NCBI GenBank assembly: GCA_043754515.1
Contig: JAYUUO010000193.1
Location: 1-10,447, forward strand
From: Armatimonadota bacterium
GTDB taxonomy: Bacteria > Armatimonadota > Armatimonadia > Armatimonadales > Armatimonadaceae
Direction of reading: 5' to 3'
DNA: 10,447 nucleotides
The position numbers and the translations under genes were made by a program. The number at the start of each line of letters is the position of its first letter. Position 1 is the first letter of the stretch. This document shows positions 6,802 to 10,447 of this stretch, in pieces. The notes under the pieces were generated by a model. That model made no database searches and was not told the DNA's origin. It saw nothing but the letters and a program-made list of their open reading frames with translations.

Positions 6802-7677
6802 TCACCGTAGCGCGGTCAGCACCATCACCGGCTCCTCGCCGCTACGAACGTGGACGTGCGCCCACACGGGAACTTGAGGCTTACCGGCCGATCCCGGCAC
6901 ATCACGAGCAGTCAAAAGGCTCGTCGCTTCGGCACTCCCCGGCACGTCGCCGGAGACATTCCTCGCGACATGGACGCGCAACCCCTCGGCGGCGTTCGGC
7001 GGCGGGGCATCCCCCGTGCGTTACGGAAACGTACAAATGCCCTTCGTCTCCGATCCCATCGCCTGATCCGGGCTTCGCCGACTGCTCCGGCAGAGAACGA
7101 GAATGGACGGGCGAGGCCCCGTGACCGTCTGCGACGTATTCCCACGGTTCTCGCGGGGCATCGTTCGCGGCGGTGGGGACGCGTCCCCGAATGGCGAGGT
7201 CCAGTTCGCGAACACGGCCCGACGGGAACGCGCGGCGACGGGGCCGATGCCGATGACGCGGAACGGACGCGACCCGCGTCGCCGGGAGCCTTCCGACCCG
7301 GAACCCTTCCCGAACCGCCGCCTTTTCCCAGACGGCGGTTGGTGCTTCGGTACATGATTCTATTTTTCCAGAATAGGCGATAATATGCTGTGCCGGACTT
7401 TCCCGAACACTCACGGCGACGACCGCTCGCTCTGGGAGCGGGCGCGGCGACGCGAGGAGCGCGAACAGAACGACCGCGACCAGCGCGATTCGCCGCGTCC
7501 ACGGATCCCACCAGGCCAGGTAGCGTGACGCGCGGCCCAGGTAGCGTGACGCGCGGCGACGCGCCCGTGTCGCCTGTAATGCGTTCGCGAGCAGTCGGCT
7601 CGCCCGCGCGCCATCCAGCGGCGCGACGGGTGCCGCCGCGTCTCGTAGCCGCCCCCAACCCAGTCGTCAGGAGTCAT
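6802..7677 (-). pseudogene. Membrane-anchored anti-sigma-like partner of the ECF sigma factor, disrupted by two frameshifts
   Basis: ATG 7677 overlaps the sigma TGA (ATGA coupling). MTPDDWVG joins GRLRDAAAPVAPLDGARASRLLANALQ...WTRRIALVAVVLFALLASPRP (one TM helix) only if the G5 run at 7656-7652 is G6. After ...GDEGHLYVSVTHG the protein-like frame switches again at about the G5 run at 7015-7011 to DAPPPNAAEGLRVHVARNVSGDVPGSAEATSLL...VPVWAHVHVRSGEEPVMVLTALR, ending at TGA 6804-6802. Confidence 0.65.
7516..7557. repeat. Perfect 21-bp tandem duplication (CCAGGTAGCGTGACGCGCGGC x2)
   Basis: 7516-7536 is identical to 7537-7557. It is in frame in the anti-sigma-like gene (RASRYLG-RASRYLA). Confidence 0.97.
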
Positions 7678-8312
7678 TCGGGTTCCCCCGCCCCCGTGTA
7701 AAGCGCGCGGAACGCTTCTTTCGCCCGGTGCAGGCGCATCTTGACGGCGGGGAGCGGCAGGGCCAGCACGCCCGCGATTTCGTCGTACGACAATTCCTCC
7801 CAGTAGCGTAGCACCAGGATCACGCGGGAGTCCGGCTTGAGCGCGGCGAGAAGACAGCGCGCCGCGACCCGCTCGGCGTCGTCCATCACGCCCGGCACGG
7901 GCCGCTCGTCCTCGGGAATATCGCCTACGTGGTCGAGAGTCGCCCCATCGCGGCGCAGGAGCGTGTTCGCCTCGTTGACCGCGATCCGAAACAGCCACAT
8001 ATTTAGACTGGCGTCGCCGCGAAACCGGGGCAGTGCGACGAACGCCTTGATAAACGTCGCCTGTAGCACGTCCTCCGCGTCGGCTTCCCGGCGCGGGAGT
8101 CGGCGGCAGAGCCGCCAGACCGGCTCGCGGAACTCGGCGTAAAGCAGGGCGAGCGCGCCCTCGTCTCCCACTCGGGCGGGCGCGAGGTACGCCGGTTCGG
8201 GGGACCGCGCGGCGGTTCGCGGCCTGATACGGAGCCGTTCCCACAGGTCGCCGCCTTCGAGCGAAAGCAGAGGCGGCGTGGAATCGGATAATATAGCGGC
8301 GGCGGTACTCAT
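7674..8312 (-). CDS. ECF-subfamily RNA polymerase sigma-70 factor (SigW/RpoE-like), 212 aa
   Basis: Region 2 (DAEDVLQATFIKAF...FRGDASLNMWLFRIAVN) and region 4 (LVLRYWEELSYDEIAGVLALPLPAVKMRLHRAKEAFR). Confidence 0.95.
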   Translation of the reverse strand: MSTAAAILSDSTPPLLSLEGGDLWERLRIRPRTAARSPEPAYLAPARVGDEGALALLYAEFREPVWRLCRRLPRREADAEDVLQATFIKAFVALPRFRGDASLNMWLFRIAVNEANTLLRRDGATLDHVGDIPEDERPVPGVMDDAERVAARCLLAALKPDSRVILVLRYWEELSYDEIAGVLALPLPAVKMRLHRAKEAFRALYTGAGEPE

Positions 8313-8353
8313 TCTTCGTTCGCGCGGGAACGTTCTCCCCGCTCGTTCAGTTG

Positions 8354-8379
8354 GACGTTCGCCCCGCCCGGTTTGTCAC
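8354..8379 (-). promoter_or_regulatory. Candidate ECF-type autoregulatory promoter GTGACA-N16-CGTC
   Basis: Minus strand GTGACA (8379-8374), a 16-nt spacer, then CGTC (8357-8354), about 40 nt upstream of the sigma ATG. Resembles SigW/SigX-type -35/-10 geometry. Confidence 0.4.
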
Positions 8380-8402
8380 TGAAGAAGGAATTATCTGTTT
8401 TT

Positions 8403-9386
8403 ATGAAATATTGTACTGTATTTGTCGCCGCATTCGGCGTGCTGGCGGCCGCCGCGCTCGCGCCGCGCCCCGCCTACGCCTGGGGCGACATAGGCCATAA
8501 AGTCGTCGCCCGCATCGCGTGGGACAACATGAGGCCCGAAACGCGGGCCAAAATCACCGCCCTGCTCGACGCCGCGCCCGGCGACGCCGACCTCGCGAAC
8601 CTGCGCCCTGCCCCGGGGATGGCGAAGGCGGACGCGGACCGCGCCCTGTTCGAGTCGGCGGCGACCTGGCCCGACCTGATGCGCGCCAACAAGACCGACG
8701 CGGAGAAGACCCGCAACGCGAAGTACCACCACGGCCCTTGGCACTACTACGACCTATTTTTCGAGCAGGACGCGGCGACGGGCGTGGTCAAGGAGCGGAC
8801 CGACAAGAAGAACGCCCCCGAGAACGCGCTGAGCGAACTCGCGACGCAATCAACCCTGCTCGCCGACATCAACGCCCCGGCGGGCGACCGCGCCGTGGCC
8901 ATCGCGTGGCTGGAGCATCTAGTCGGCGACATCCACATGCCTCTTCATAACGTTGCCCGCGTCACGGAACTCGACCCGGACGGCGACCAGGGCGGCAACC
9001 GGTTCAAGCTGGGTAAGGAGACGCCAGGCGCGGAGCGCATCCCGAACCTGCACGGCTACTGGGACGGTATCCCCGACACGGCGTACCCCGCGCAACCGGG
9101 CGAGGACAAGGAAGCACGCATCGGGCGCATCGCGCGGGTGGCGACCTTCTCGCTCCCGAAGCCGATCTTCGACCGCGAGGGCCTGGTCCAGACCGGGCAG
9201 TTCGGGCAGTGGAACAGGGAAGGGGCGGAGGTCGCGGTCAGCCGCGTGTACCCCCACCTGACGCGCGACGAGATGCCGGACGCGGCATACGCCCGCGAAG
9301 CGCGGGACACGGCGATGGTCGCGGTCGCGAAGGCGGGGTATCGGCTCGCGGCGACGCTTGAGGCCGCGCTCGCGGGTAGCAAGTAG
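8403..9386 (+). CDS. Secreted S1/P1 nuclease family protein (327 aa)
   Basis: Signal peptide ending PAYA, mature N-terminus WGDIGH, and motifs ATWPD, WHYYD, HLVGDIHMPLH, DQGGN, NLHGYWD and AGYRLA (tri-zinc site ligands). ATG 8403 is preceded by AAGGAA. Confidence 0.95.
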   Translation: MKYCTVFVAAFGVLAAAALAPRPAYAWGDIGHKVVARIAWDNMRPETRAKITALLDAAPGDADLANLRPAPGMAKADADRALFESAATWPDLMRANKTDAEKTRNAKYHHGPWHYYDLFFEQDAATGVVKERTDKKNAPENALSELATQSTLLADINAPAGDRAVAIAWLEHLVGDIHMPLHNVARVTELDPDGDQGGNRFKLGKETPGAERIPNLHGYWDGIPDTAYPAQPGEDKEARIGRIARVATFSLPKPIFDREGLVQTGQFGQWNREGAEVAVSRVYPHLTRDEMPDAAYAREARDTAMVAVAKAGYRLAATLEAALAGSK

Positions 9387-9457
9387 GTATGCGCTGGGGA
9401 CTACGGGCGGCAGGTATTCCCGCCGCCCGAGACGCTGTCTCCATACATGCCGGGAGC

Positions 9458-9477
9458 GGGCGGGGATCACCCCGCCC
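9458..9477. terminator. GC hairpin between convergent genes
   Basis: GGGCGGGG-ATCA-CCCCGCCC, a perfect 8-bp stem with no U-tract. Confidence 0.4.
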
Positions 9478-9525
9478 CTGTACGCCACCCTGTCAGGCGA
9501 ACGTTCTAGATTGCCGCTTTATCGC

Positions 9526-10447
9526 TTACGGCACGTTGTACTGAGTCGAGTAGTTAGAGGTATGCCCATTCCCGATGACGCGGACGCGATACGAGCCGCT
9601 GTTGTAGCCGGGGAGCGGGACGTAAAACTCCACCGGGCTGGTCGCGGTCTGTGCCTCCGCAGGCACGGACTTCATGCCAACTACCGCCCAGGTTCCGTCA
9701 CCCGCTTGCTTCTCCGCTTGGACAGACGTACCCGCCGGTTGCGGAACGCTCACCCGCGTCTGTAGCAACATGCAACCGCGCGGGCACGCACTCCCGTCGG
9801 AGCCACCGGAGCGGATCTGTCCCCGGCCTATGATATCCGCGCCTGGAAGTGTGCTGAATGCCACGCCGTACTGCGCCGTCAACTCGTCGCGCAACGACTG
9901 CTTATCACTCTTCATGCCATCGGGAGAGACTCCGCCGCCGATCTCGTCCTCGGGGTCGGTGCCGTCCGTGTTGAAACGCCCCTGGTTCAGGTTGTCCAAG
10001 GTGTAGGTGCCATCCGTCTCCTTTGCGACGAACAGGACGTAGCTGGCACCGCTCTTCAACTCCGCGCAGTCCTCTATCACGGACTTGATGAACCCTCCGC
10101 TACCGTAGTCAACCAGCCCGACCGGCTCAGCAACCCGTATCGTCTGGCCGACCGTGATGCCGAACCCCGCCGGGCTGTTGAGCACCCCCGTCACCGCGAA
10201 GGAGCCGACGGTCCACTCCTCGACGACGTATTCGTTCGGGTCGTTGTCGAACAGGTCAGGGACATGGTATCGGACGAAGTGGGTTCGCCCGGACACGAAC
10301 TCCTGCGTCGGTGTCCCTGTGATGACGGCACTGTCGTTCGCGGCGAGATCACTCAGATTCGTGTCGTAATACGCGTCCCCGTGAACTCTCGACACAGTGA
10401 TCTTGCCTGCGGCCAGACCCAGCGGGACGACCACCCTCTCGATCCCC
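9526..10447 (-). CDS. Hypothetical, probably exported protein (5' end outside the window): N-terminal beta-barrel-like domain plus C-terminal FN3/Ig-like domain
   Basis: The frame is open to the window edge. The N-terminal part has the pattern Y..LSDLAANDSAVITG...FAVTGVL...TIRVAEP...LKSGASYVLFV...Y...QGRF. The C-terminus VQAEKQAGDGTWAVVG...YRVRVIGNGHTSNYS resembles FN3 strands. Confidence 0.75.
   Translation of the reverse strand, partial: GIERVVVPLGLAAGKITVSRVHGDAYYDTNLSDLAANDSAVITGTPTQEFVSGRTHFVRYHVPDLFDNDPNEYVVEEWTVGSFAVTGVLNSPAGFGITVGQTIRVAEPVGLVDYGSGGFIKSVIEDCAELKSGASYVLFVAKETDGTYTLDNLNQGRFNTDGTDPEDEIGGGVSPDGMKSDKQSLRDELTAQYGVAFSTLPGADIIGRGQIRSGGSDGSACPRGCMLLQTRVSVPQPAGTSVQAEKQAGDGTWAVVGMKSVPAEAQTATSPVEFYVPLPGYNSGSYRVRVIGNGHTSNYSTQYNVP

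Noticed and set aside
7313..7340. Hairpin AACCGCCG-N12-CGGCGGTT as a terminator or ncRNA
   Set aside because: It lies inside the reconstructed coding region, has no U-tract, and matches no RNA family I recognise.
5760..7670. CRISPR array, IS element or structured RNA in the ORF-poor stretch
   Set aside because: No spaced repeats, terminal inverted repeats, transposase motifs or tRNA/rRNA signatures; the stretch is accounted for by two fragmented genes.
6850..8244. Long Arg/Gly/Pro-rich ORFs 6850-7383 (+), 6912-7658 (-) and 7411-8244 (-) as real genes
   Set aside because: Composition is typical of off-frame GC-rich sequence; the region is better explained by the sigma gene and the frameshifted partner.

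Overview
High-GC bacterial chromosomal window; the gene styles suggest Armatimonadota, but that is an inference. From left to right: (1) the 5' part of a fused endonuclease-methyltransferase restriction-modification gene (Type IIG/ISP-like, minus strand, runs off the left edge), broken by one in-frame TAG that sits in a perfect 11-bp inverted repeat; (2) a DUF5009/HGSNAT-like membrane acyltransferase; (3) a divergent helical hypothetical protein; (4) a minus-strand fur-family regulator, DUF998 membrane protein and secreted YHS protein; (5) an ECF sigma factor operon whose two downstream genes (a membrane-anchored anti-sigma-like gene and an exported protein) are fragmented and missed by the ORF track; (6) a secreted S1/P1 nuclease; (7) the 3' part of a probably exported protein with a C-terminal FN3-like domain. 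The most striking observation is that inverting only the 3-nt loop of the R-M gene palindrome turns the stop into Tyr-Ser and restores the reading frame. This is a candidate micro-inversion ON/OFF switch for a defence gene.
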